NCBI GenBank assembly: GCA_964187785.1
Contig: OZ076409.1
Location: 86,802,001-86,866,000, forward strand
Source: Amphiscolops sp. MND2022
Taxonomy: Eukaryota
Reading direction: 5' to 3'
DNA: 64,000 nt
Below are positions 1 through 11,384 of the stretch, in pieces. The notes under the pieces were generated by a model. The model did no database searches. It worked only from the letters and a program-made list of their open reading frames with translations, and was not told where the DNA came from. Made by a program: the position numbers and the translations under genes. How positions within the stretch are numbered: position 1 is the first letter of the stretch; every line of letters starts with the position of its first letter.

Positions 1-190
1 CTACTAAATTATGGTTACCTTCCTTCTTCTCCTAATTGGAATATCCGCCAACACAAGAGATGGAGACTCAGACGCATTCCACTTGTATTGTAAAAGCATG
101 AAAGTTAATCCCCCAACAAATAATAATTTTCGTACAGTAACTTATGGGTTGAAATACTTTTGGGATGAACAATGTTTCTTGTACAGATAT

Positions 191-235
191 TTGATAATGC
201 TACAATCTGGTGACATTGAACTGAACCCCGGACCC
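191..235 (+). other. 2A-like (StopGo) ribosome-skipping peptide LIMLQSGDIELNPG|P
   Basis: Matches the D(V/I)ExNPGP consensus and lies immediately upstream of the APE domain, a position known for APE-type LINEs. Confidence 0.85.
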
Positions 236-282
236 TTGAATATATACAAAGAGGTCACAAAAAAATTCAAAAAATTGATTGT

Positions 283-3212
283 AATCTGAAATTTTTTCAT
301 GTAAACTGTCAAAGCATTGTACATAAAAAGAGACAACTAGAAATGATGATGCAAGATCTTGGAATAAACACTGTCTATGGCATATCTGAAACCTGGTTAA
401 AAAGTGACAATGGAGCCACTTTTTGGGAGCTCAATAAAGACAATTTCAAAACTTTCCGATCCGATAGAAAAATGGTCATTAGGAATAAAGGTGGTGGAGT
501 AATGCTTCTTGTACCTAAATCTCTGAACCCTAAAGAACGTAAAGATCTAAATTATTTGAATAAGAAATCATTTGAAAGCTTATGGGTCGAGTGTAATATT
601 AATCATGGAACAAACAAAAAGAAGCAATTGATTAATATCAGTTACAATCCGAATAAATCTCTAATAAATAACTTTTTGGAAGAATTATCTACAAGCATTG
701 ACTCAGCTATTGTAGAAAACAAACCGATTACACTCATGGGCGATTATAACATAGATTATCTGAATCCCAAAGAGAAAGTGTGTCTTGAAACAATACTCTT
801 ACCATATGGTCTGCAGATTATGAATACTGAGCAACCAACTCGTGTAAAAGGAAACAGTGAATCATTAATTGACTTTATCATTACTGATCTCCCGAAATCT
901 AAGTGTTTTGAAACGATAGTGTCAGATACGCCATTAAGAACATTGAAAAACGCTGAAATAGACCACTGGGCAACATCAACAATAACGTCGATTCAAATGA
1001 AAAAGAAATCAAAAGTTACTATCAAAGAAGTCTACGATAAAACAAATTATAATAAACACAGTTTCTGTCAAATAATAACCGAAAGCAACTGGAGTAATTT
1101 TTATAGTCAGAGTTGCCCAGAAGGAATGTTCTCTGTTTTCAATGATATTATTGAAAATGCGCTCCGAAGGTGTGCTCCGAAAAAAAAAGGTATTCATCAG
1201 GAACGACAAAAGTGACTTAGTCATACGTCAAAAATGGATTAAAAATGAAACGAAAAGACTTTATAATGGAATAACATCGAATATGAAACCTAACAACAAA
1301 GTCTACACTACACTAAAAAGTCAGTTTCTTGACAACATTCAGGACGATCAAGTGAACTATCAGACAAACTGGTTCAAGACTCTCACGACTGAAAAGGGAA
1401 AATGGAATTTTATCAATGAAGTTAGGAATGAAAAACGAACCAAAACAGAAATAAGAAGCTTAAGAAATTGTTTTGATGACATTGTCACTGATGAGAAAAA
1501 AGTTGCCAACCTTTTGAACTATCGCTTCTCCAAATTGGGTGACTACCTTGGTGAAACAAAAATCTATCCCAAATCGAATGAAGTTTTGTGTCAAAAAAAG
1601 TTTCAATTTCAACCCATAAGTCTTTTCCAATGCAAAAAACTGATCAAAAATATAAACATCAATAAACCTTTAGGCCCATCATCTATCCCTGCATGGGCTT
1701 TGAAAGATTGTCTTAATGTTATTGCTGAACCCCTCTGCTTTATGATAAATAGTTTCTTAGATCTAGGTGAGTTCCCCAATCATTTGAAACAAGCATTTGT
1801 TGTACCAATTTACAAAAAAGGCGATATCGAAGAACCTAAAAACTACCGACCGATTTCCATCACTTCGGCTCTATCAAAGATCTTTGAAACCGTTCTGAAG
1901 GATCAAATCGTCGAATTTTTGAACAAAAATAATCTTTTAAGTTACAGTCAGTTCGGTTTTCGCTCTCATTTTTCATCAGCAGATGCGCTGCTTTTCGCAA
2001 CAGAGACCATTCGAAAACAAATTGATGAAAAAAACATTGTAGCGGCCGCTTTCCTTGATTTATCAAAGGAGTTTGATTCAATATCACACTGCATCCTTTT
2101 TGAAAAATTAAGGGAACTCAATTTCGAGGACAAAGCAATTTCAGTTATAAAGAACTATATCACGGGAAGAATTCAGAAAGTCACCCTGGATTCATGTAAT
2201 TCTGATTGGATCGAATTATATCAAGGTGTTCCTCAAGGCACCGTATTAGGGCCATTACTTTTCAATATTTATGTAAATATTATGAAACAGATCATCTCCA
2301 ATCAATGTAAATTGGTACAATATGCAGACGATACCATGATATTATGTTCTGATAAAGATGAAAATCATGCTCTCAACAAGTTGGAAAAAGATATTGAACA
2401 ACTTATACATTTTTTTGAAAACCATCGGTTGACAATCAATGCAGACAAAACAGAATTTATACTTTTTTGTAAACCATCAAAAAACAACGATGTCAAAAGT
2501 TACAAATTGCACGTGAAAGATCAAATAATTAAACATTCGAACTCAGTCAAATATCTGGGAATTTTCCTTGATCAGAATCTCACATTTCAAGATGAAGTAA
2601 AAAGTATTTTGCAGAAAATGAGTTGTGGTATCAAATGTCTATACTCATTACGAGATCTTTTTCCTGAAAAAACACGATTGATGCTGTTAAATGCATTGGT
2701 AGTTAGTCATCTACAGTACTCGGCTATTCTTTTGACCGGAATTACTGAAAATCTAATGACCACGTTAGAGAAACAACTTAACTGGGCTATTAAGGCATGT
2801 TTTTTTTCGCACTAAATACGATCATTCCTCAGATCTGAAATTACAGTATAAAATCTTACCGGTACGATATTTGCTCAACATGAAAACGGTACTTTATTTT
2901 TGGAAATGGAAAAATAAAATGATCCCGGCTCTTATTGGTGAAAATGAACCATCAACCACTCAGCTCAGATTTCTTGAAAGAACAGATATACTTGTATATA
3001 CTGGGCGCTGTGAGAGTACTTTCATGAGAAATAGCTTTTTTAAGAAAACCGTCTCTCTATGGAACACCTTGCCGAAAAACTTGAAAACTCAATCGTACTC
3101 ATATGCAACTATAAAGAACAAGACCAAAGTTTTTTTCCTCAAACAACTTGAACGAGAAGTGGATACACCCGAGTACGGTAAAAAATGTTGGAGGGATTAT
3201 CAATTTAGATGA
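283..3212 (+). pseudogene. LINE ORF2 (endonuclease-reverse transcriptase), frameshifted
   Basis: ORFs 343-1215, 1142-2815 and 2871-3212 join through single-base frameshifts; catalytic YADD is intact. Confidence 0.9.
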
Positions 3213-3292
3213 ATGTTCTTTTTAATTTCGACCTCAATATTTTTAAATTGTATTTGTACACTACTTTTTTTACTGAATCTTTCATGATTTTA

Positions 3293-4352
3293 GTAACAAA
3301 GATCAATACAGTGTTTTTTTTTCATTAGCTGTGATTTCTTCCCAGTTGTAGAATCCTTTCACCAGACATTCCCGATTTTGCTCTTCCTCCAAGCAATTAT
3401 TGTCAGTTATGTTCAATGCATCGTTAAAATAGCAAGAACAGTTTCGGAAAAATGCTGCTGAGAAACACATATCGTTACAGAGCCGCTGATTATAGCCTAG
3501 AAGATGGGATACGCCACTGAAATTGTGCATAAGATGTTTTTGTTGCGTACATTTTGCTTTGGCCAAAGATTTGCGTTGAATTTTTCTCTCAACGGATGCA
3601 GACACAATAACGTCTTCGTTTCCATTCAAAGCAAAACCTTCCAACGGCGACAGGTGATCATCGGGATGATGGATCGCAATTTGCACTCCTTGTACACCTT
3701 GATACCTGCCAAACTTTTGCCCGGGATCAAAATAGAACCCCAACGTAACCCCTCGATTGGTACCGAGACCTGCTAAATCAATTTTTGCCAGATAGCATAA
3801 AGTATAAAAATCCAAATGAAGTTGAAACCGCGTAGAGCAATCAGAAAACTCCCCTAAAACTAAACAAGCGATCAGGAATTTGTCTATGTCCAATTTGAAA
3901 GCATTCAATATTCGAGGGCTAAGTAAGAAAGTATCGCCATAAGAAGATGTTAGAATCCAGTTTTTGATGTCAAAAGACGTATTTCCAAGTACCATTTGTT
4001 TCAAAAAGTTAACAGACTTGGGGTCAAACTCCGTCCCGTTGTACTTGACAATTTTGTTGTCATCAAAGAAGTTTTTGTTGCAAACTTTGATCACGATGGG
4101 ACCCAGATTTTCCGGCAGGTCAACAAAAGTGACAATTGTGATGGGATTATCTTCCGTGAACTCACTGAAGGTGGAATAAATATATAAGGTCATTATGGCG
4201 GAGCAGCTTATCCAAATTGCTGTCCATATAACTTTTTTGAGCAACCAGTGACCGTTTCCAACCTTCTGATATGAAATTTGGCTCGAAGCGGCGTCGTCTT
4301 CATTGACTGAACTTGGCGAAACTTCGCCAGATTTGTAAATTTTGTTTTTCAT
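3293..4352 (-). pseudogene. DEG/ENaC (amiloride-sensitive/ASIC-like) channel subunit, intronless over this span, C-terminally truncated (no TM2)
   Basis: TM1 (VIWTAIWISCSAIMTLYIY), post-TM1 'GPIVIKVCNKN', 'GVTLGFYFD', 'GVQIAIHHPD', and Cys-rich 'YNQRLCNDMC...NCSC'. GCCATG start. A frameshift in the T9 run at 3314-3322 would continue as HCIDLCY before meeting the LINE 3' end. Confidence 0.85.
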
Positions 4353-5929
4353 GGCGACATCCTATTTGGTTTATTGGAATTTGGTCTGTTGATTGATATC
4401 CCAAAGAGTTCAAGATCTCCACATTCCAAAGTACATATCAATGAGAAAGAAATCTTTTCAATTCAAACAATACTATTGTAGAGCGAATGATGAGGTTTCT
4501 CACAGATTGAGAACATTCATATATTAAGTATTTCTTATCCGTTATTTAAAAGTGTTAGAATTTTGTTGGAAAAAACGTGATGAGTGGCTGTTGTCTGCGA
4601 AAAAGTTATTGATACAACAGCTGAGTTTCAATAGGGAGTGATTCAGTTCTGAGAGACAAAGAGATGAAAAAAATTTCAAGCAGCAATGAGGTACACTTTT
4701 ACTACCGGAAGACTTCAAAAAAATGTTGAAGAAAACCTCGAAACGTCCAAATCCAAAACTTTCCGCTTTATCCCATTGCTCTTTCAAGAGGAAAAGCAAA
4801 TCAGACAGTAAAATTTGCTAACAAACAAGCCCATTTTTCAAAATTTAGTCCCAAAAAGAATAGCCTTTACATCGTTTAAATTATTTAGGAAATTTCAGTG
4901 GCTGCGGCAGACTTCAGTGCCTTAAAAACTGCGGAGACCTCCTCGGCGGCTCATACATATTGTTTGATATATCACAAAACTGGCTCCAATAAAATCCACA
5001 ATTATGTTGATATTTGTTTTCTAAGATTAGTCAATAAAAAACTGCAGTTTTGTATGAAATCAGATTTGGCTTCAGCCGTAGCTGACGCACCTACTTTTTT
5101 CGAATTCTTTATCCAGCTGCTGGTGAAATCTACCACTCCATCTCTCCATTAACAAAAAATTCATTTGCTCAACGAAAAAAAAACAGCTGCCTCAAAACTT
5201 CAAAATTGAAAGTGGATTAAAATCTAGAAAAACTTGAGTAATTTTCTAGATTTTGTTCGAGTTGAAATAATTCTCGAGTTTCTGTTCTACTTTTCTTTTC
5301 TGTGAAATACACTCCAACAAACGTTCAGTATGACTATCTTATCTACTGCGCAGAAAAAAGAACGTAACGTGAATCAGCCACGAAATTACAAGAGGTGCAG
5401 AGACAAGTACAAAATGATATAGCCAGAGGTTACTCTAATGCTATATGGGACTTGGAGTTCCGGAACAGCCGAGCGAGAAAATCTTAAATGGAAGCGAACA
5501 ATCGATAATATTAAGGAGATGATTGATTATATTTAACAAAGAGAAACAAAACTATGAGGTGGCGAAATACAAATTCAAAGGCAGCTCAATTGAAAAAACT
5601 CTTATCCCAATATTTTTCAAAAATATTGAGAAACAGAAATATAGCAGTCCTAACAACAATATAATTGAATCTTTGATACAAATAATTCGATGGAGTGTAT
5701 TTAATAAATCAATTGTTTAGAGTCAATCTCCACATATTTAAGAATAGCAATTTACCATCTTGCCATGGTAACAGTCAGAAAATGTCAGTGTTGCTTGCAA
5801 TGGTTAGCTCATGCCGTAATTAGTCTAATCTGAAAATTTGAGCTGCATATTCATTGTTTTTGTCGAGAAAAGTACGCTGAGAATCACAAAAGAGCAAAAT
5901 AGTAATTGAAAACCACCTAATTTGAAAAA

Positions 5930-6463
5930 ATTTCCATTCAAACTTTTCCTCCCAAACTTGTAGAGATTACAAAATCAGGAAGATTTGAGATACAACAAAG
6001 TACAATATACCAACAAAATAGTCTCGAAAAAGGTCATCGATCTGAGTAATTCCGGGAACCCAGCTTGGTACTACACCAACTGAAACTTCGAAGAACCTCT
6101 TTCCTTTAAACACGTGAGAAGACTATAAAAATATAACGAGGGGACTATGTATGATACACCATTGGAAAGGTAGAAATCACAGATTTTAAATAACTCCATG
6201 ATCAGAAACCCTGAGCAGGAATTAAACCATCTCAAACTTCAAACCCTCAAACATGTAGATTTTTTGAAAACTCAAGACAATCTTATGTATAGTACATCAT
6301 TGGAAAAGTTTTCAGTTGGAGATCACAGACTTTGAATCTTTTCACGGGCATCATTAGTTAAAATCATTCCACCTCGAACCTCAAACCCTAAAACATGTAG
6401 AGATTGAACAAGATATTACAGTAAATGATGTATCACTCATAGGTCTTGAAGTGGAGATCACAG
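5930..6463. repeat. Diverged ~140-150-bp tandem satellite (left array)
   Basis: Recurring 'aaac(a/t)tgtaga...ggagatcacaga...ctcaaacttcaaaccc' motifs near 5955, 6108, 6249 and 6391. Confidence 0.7.
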
Positions 6464-6688
6464 AGTAGTATTAGGAAAGATGATCCTGATCAAGGGGGTC
6501 TAAAATCACGTATTTTAGGGGTATATTGGTCCAAAAATTAAGATTCTCGGGGTGAAAAAACACACAAAAATTGTGCGAAAAAACACTGATCAAAAGGTAA
6601 GGTCGAAAAACACAAGTGTCCAAAATGATTTACTCAACAAATGAAAAATGTTTTGTAATGAAAACTTTTAATAATAATTTGCTTATAA

Positions 6689-7090
6689 ATGAATTTTTTA
6701 TTATTCAAAAAATTAGTTGATAAGTATGGATTGAAAGTTCAAGCAAACTCCAGTACTAAAATAAAAGAAGTTCTTGATAAGCTAAGAATCCCAGCAGCAA
6801 TTTACATGAGGGATGATCAATTTACCACCGCATCAGGAATTGTTAATTTACACCCAATCAAAGAAACCCATTGGGATCTTTTCGTTGATGATTGCTATTT
6901 TGGCTACGGTTGCCAACCTCCAGTAAATGTATTGAATCAAATTTAAAAAGGTACTCATCAAGAATATCAAATTAGGACCAACGCCAGTTATTGCGCAGCG
7001 TATTGTTTAGTTTATATGTTTTATATCTGACACAATTTCTAGGCTTTCAAAATGCTGTTTTCAAAATATACTATCAGACTTGTAAACTTA
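6689..7090 (+). pseudogene. Polinton adenain-like cysteine protease
   Basis: GIVNLHPIKETHW...YFGYGCQPP followed, after a stop, by EYQI...SYCAAYC (His and Cys catalytic motifs of the adenoviral protease family). Confidence 0.8.
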
Positions 7091-7270
7091 ATAAAAGAAC
7101 AAAGTTAAAGTTATTCATCTCTATTCACAACCATAGACCAAAACCCTTGAGAACAAAAACCAAAGCATTCAATTTCAACAAAGGAAATGTTGTCAGAAAA
7201 CAGACAAGAATTTATACAAACAGCTGCTCCTAGTAGTTTTTAAACTTTTTCTAGGGAACTTCTTTTCATA

Positions 7271-8123
7271 ATGAATAGAGTTATCTAATTTTAATCCAAG
7301 TGATAAAAAAGAAATTCTGTTGTTGAATTTATCCAAATCTAATTTGGATATTGTTGAAAATACCCTATCCAAACCTCAGGAAACCTCAGGAGTTTAAAAT
7401 GAAAACACAAAGTGAATCTTTTCCATTTGATTTTCCATTGTAATTGCCCGAAATTTGGATGATGGTGTGATATCTTTAGAAGTGTACAAAACCGATTCTT
7501 TCATTACTCACAAAAACAACTCTGTCCAAATACAACTAACATACAAACGTTTCAAACAATGTGATTTATACCCTCAACTGGTAACAAATATACTATTGAA
7601 TACCACGTTCTTCAAACTCGTTGTTTTACCAATCGCAAATGATTACTATGATATAAAATTAACACCAGGGGTGTATGAACTAAAGGAGATGAATGAAAAT
7701 ATAAAACAAGTCTTTCCTGGAATTCAATCAGTAGCAGACACAAAAACAATGCATTCTATACTAAAAATCCCAAGCCCCATTCACTTATTTCTGAACTTAA
7801 CAAATTACTAGGATTCATAAATGAGCACTACACAAAAGGAACTCAATAATCAGAAAAACCAGTTATGATAACAACTACAGACAAAGTTCATCTTAAGTGT
7901 GATTGTGTGGGTGTTTTAATTGCTAATGGTGTACGCGAAGAAACTTTTCTCTCATTCAATTTAAGCGCGTCTCTTGGATATAAAATTATAAAAAAGCGCA
8001 ACAATTTTTTGTATGAAAAGATAAACAAAACACAACTGGTTATTATCCTTGAAGACTCAACCATAACCCAGTAGATTTCAACTCCGAAACATTAACATTC
8101 ACAAATCGAATCGTTAAGTTTGA
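7271..8123 (+). pseudogene. Polinton minor capsid (penton-like) protein
   Basis: Fragments 'SKPQET', 'VISLEVY', 'LTPGVYELKEMN', 'NKLLGF', 'KPVMITTTDKVHLKCDCV..ANGVREETFLSFNL..GYKI', 'PVDFNSETLTFT' across frameshifts. Confidence 0.7.
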
Positions 8124-8149
8124 TAAAAGAAGGAAATTTTTCCTAATAA

Positions 8150-8557
8150 TTGAACCGCAAGAAATATAAAAGTAATCAATGAAAACAACACTATTCCGCC
8201 ACTTCGAACATAGAAGGGGATTTTACTCAAAATAATAAAACCGGAGCACCCTGTTAAAATCTTAAGAGGTACTTGTGTAATGAGTAGAAGAAACAAATCA
8301 GTTATAGTTTCTGACCAACCATGCAAGCAGAAGGATTAGGTGATTTTTTTGACACCAAGGAAATGCTGCAAAGAATGTTGAAAAAAATGCTCCTGGAAAA
8401 GCAGTAGTTGGAAGAATCCTGGCAGAGCATTAGCGCTCGCAGCAAATATTGGTACAGCAGCAGCAAGTGAAAATACCCGAATGATAACAGCAACTGCCCC
8501 TTATATTATAAAGTTTTTTCATCAAAGGAAGGATTTATATTTGGGTAAAATTCATTG
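8150..8557 (+). pseudogene. Small Polinton virion/core protein with amphipathic segment
   Basis: Reassembled fragments 'HYSATSNIEGD', 'SDQTMQAEGLGDFF', 'PGRALALAANIGTAAAS...IIKFFHQ.K.LYLGK' resemble a conserved small Polinton ORF. Confidence 0.5.
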
Positions 8558-8639
8558 AATTGAGAGTTGAAAATTATTTTTACAAAGTTCAATTCAAATA
8601 TGAAACCTTAAACATATTATACATAATAAAGGTTAATAA

Positions 8640-9310
8640 ATGTATTCAATTCATAACCGTGGTGGTTCAGAAAAATTAAAAATTACAAGTGAAAAATCGT
8701 CTTTGCTGAAAGACTAAAGGAAAAACTCCTGAAACAAAAGTTTCTTTACGATATGGAAGAAGTTTCTGAACCCGTTACTGAAAACCAGAAACAAAACCAA
8801 GCTAAACAGCAAGAACTTTCCGAAAAGCAAATACAAGCGCTACGTGATTCTACTCAAACTACAACACGAGCAATTGAAAATCAGACAAGAGCAAAACAAT
8901 ACAGTAGTGACATTTTCAACAAAAATGTACAAAAAACTAATAAAGGAAGAATACAAGAACATGATGAAAAATCGAATCACAAAACTCAAGTTCTTACAAG
9001 TCTTGTCAATTCTAACCAAGTTCATTCTAGTATCGTAAAGACAGTTTCTACTTTGCTTAAAGACAAAAACAAAAGTCAATTTAGTTTTCAACTTTTCTCC
9101 AGTATATAATACTATAACAGTATATTTTTCTTCCATCTGATGCAGATGAGCTTGTAGACCAACTCAAGCTAATCGTGTTGGAAAACGTAGGAGGAAATGA
9201 TAACCCTATGCTCAACGAGCAAATCATAGCAATTGCTGATAACCAAATACGATACCAATGCGCTACAACAAGTCAACACCAAAACATTGTTTCAGCTTTT
9301 AATTCATGAA
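8640..9310 (+). pseudogene. Conserved Polinton coiled-coil protein
   Basis: Coiled-coil ORF 8753-9109 plus the downstream piece 'FLPSDADELVDQLKLIVLENVGGNDNPMLNEQIIAIAD'. Confidence 0.55.
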
Positions 9311-9661
9311 CCATGAATATGTCTATGTTTATAAATCTTTTGAATTTTAAAATAGTCTGTAGATAATGGATAATCAGTCTCTTGATATGAAAAAAGTATT
9401 TCAAGAAATGAGAAAAGACTTAAAGAATCAAATTAAATTTATTCGTTACAATGATTGGAAAAAAATGGTAATGAATCTGATGACATAAAAAAATCCAAGA
9501 ATTGAGAGAAGAAAACTTTTAACTTAGAATAAAGCTGGCAAGTCTATCAGAAATGATTTGGAACTGCTTTGAACAACTAGGAGAGAAACTAAACAAAGTT
9601 TGCAAAAAAATACCGGAAGAAATACAAGATTGAAAAACGAATGTATTCCTAGTTTTCAAAT

Positions 9662-10267
9662 TTAAAAAGGATCTGTTTCTGGTTTAAAGATTTGTTTCCC
9701 AATATTAGCTTCCTCACAGATTTTATACCTACTCGCATTTTTCTCTTCTAACCTATTCATTAATAAATATTTTTGTTTCTCCCTCCATGCCTCCTTGCAC
9801 AAACTTCTAAACTCGTCATAAGACATATCAAAACCAGCTTTATATCTATAAAGGTGTTCTACTTCTTTCCATGTTTGTTGAAATGAAATTATAACATTAG
9901 AACAATTTCGTATGGCGCGTTTAGGTAAATCGAAGAAGGACTATGATAAATAACAAACATCCAAATCATTATGTCTTCCTCTAGTTGAAAATGGATCCAT
10001 TTGTTTTTGATTACTGTCCATTATATCGAACACCAAAAATTTTTTTGATAATTTCGGATAATTTGATCACTTAAATCATCTTCCACTGAAACGCCTTCTC
10101 TTTCTATTTTCCAATATTGTTCAGGAGATCTAGTTACTATTTTTGTACAACTCACCCCTGTTTGAGTAGGTATAAAAAAAGTCGGTGGTAAAAACTCTAA
10201 ACACTCTTCATTGAAACTTTATGTTCACCATCATCCAACATAGACAATTTATTCTTTGAAACTTCAT
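9662..10267 (-). pseudogene. Polinton A32/FtsK-like DNA packaging ATPase
   Basis: Minus-strand fragments 'IVTRSPEQY', Walker-B-like 'LVFDIM', 'PFSTRGRHNDLDVCYL', 'FFDLPKRAIRNCSNVII', 'AGFDMSYDEF..LCKEAW', 'PETDPF*'. Confidence 0.8.
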
Positions 10268-10489
10268 TTCTTTATATAGTATTAAATCTTTGAAAGTTCA
10301 TTTGTTTATATACTACACTACAGATACTCTATAAAGTATAAAGAATACTTTATAGTGGTAGAAAAACTGTTAAAGTAGTTGAGAAATACCTTGAAAGAAG
10401 GTAAAAAAAATTGTTGAAGTAGTTGGAAAACACTTTAAAAGTAGAATAAAAATCATTGGAGAAAAAGAAAAATTGTTAACTGTTAAAAA

Positions 10490-11365
10490 TACAGTCTAAC
10501 ACTACATATAAAAGCAACTGTATTAGCATCAGAGTCTCTCTAGTAATTAAAAAGTTTGATCGCATCCAAACACAAACTGATTATAAAGATGAGTGTTGGA
10601 GTATTGATCTAATAGATAAGACATTATTAGCAAAGTGCAGCAAAAACTACAAAACTATTTTTACAAGATTTGATAACCATGCTAAATTTGCATGGGCGAT
10701 TCCTCGCAAAGATAAATCCGAAAAAAAACACGACACACGCCTTCAAGAACCTTATTGAAAAAGAAAACAGAAAACCAGATAAAATTTGGTCTGATAGAGT
10801 TAAAGAGTTTTATAATAAAACTTTTTCAAATTTCCTCAATGAAAAAAACATTCAAATTTCTTCAACCAATTCAGATATAAAAGTTGTTTTTGTTGAACGA
10901 TTCAATAGAACACTTTTGGACATAATCAAAGAACCAATGTATGATGAAGGTAAATCTTGTCGGCTGAATCATTTGGTGGATGCTCTAGAAAAGTATAATA
11001 GTTGTGCTCATGGTACAACAAAAAGACACCATTTGAAATAGTAACTAATAATAAACTATAACCTAACAATAATAATAATATTTATAAGTATAAAAAAAAA
11101 CACAAGACCCAACTTCCTAGTGAGAGAGTTCGTAAGAGTTCCTGATGAACGCATACTGTACAGTAAGGGTTACCCAACTATTTGGAACAGAAAACTTTTC
11201 AAAACACACATCATCAACAATACAAGTCTAGTGACTTATACTCTAGAAGACAAAAGTGGAGAAAATATTCACGGAAAATGTTAAGCGCAAGAACTTTTAG
11301 AAAGTGTATTTAATTTTATTTCTAATTCTGAAACACAGAAAAGTATGAAAACTTTTCATGAATAG
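10490..11365 (+). pseudogene. Polinton retroviral-like (rve/DDE) integrase
   Basis: 'ECWSIDLID', 'KFAWAIP', 'KPDKIWSDRVKEFYN', 'VERFNRTL', and C-terminal 'VRVPD..YSKGYPTIW...TYTLED'. Confidence 0.88.
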
Positions 11366-11384
11366 GAGTAAGTTTTTCATTATA

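Larger units (their letters stand above)
11..3290 (+). mobile_element. Non-LTR retrotransposon (APE-type LINE, CR1/L2/Crack-like) with 2A-leader, APE and RT
   Basis: APE motifs (FFHVNCQS, GISETWL, GGGVML, LMGDYN, SLIDFI); RT motifs (NYRPISITS, QFGFR, FLDLSKEFD, GVPQGTVLGPLLF, QYADDT, VKYLGIFLD); C-terminal 'SFF..TVSLWNTLP'. The reading frame is broken three times, each at or near an A/T homopolymer (~259-275, ~1180-1188, ~2800-2807). Confidence 0.95.

Noticed and set aside
4895..5090. Weak inverted repeat / 84-aa ORF
   Set aside because: Low-identity match, no TSD and no recognisable protein motif.
5930..6463. Regularly spaced repeats as a CRISPR array (also 31778-31940 and 60020-60750)
   Set aside because: Whole units are homologous with no unique spacers, there are no cas genes, and the context is eukaryotic; these are satellites/minisatellites.
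8114..8493. Hydrophobic minus-strand ORFs as membrane proteins
   Set aside because: Antisense shadows of the A-rich plus-strand Polinton ORF.
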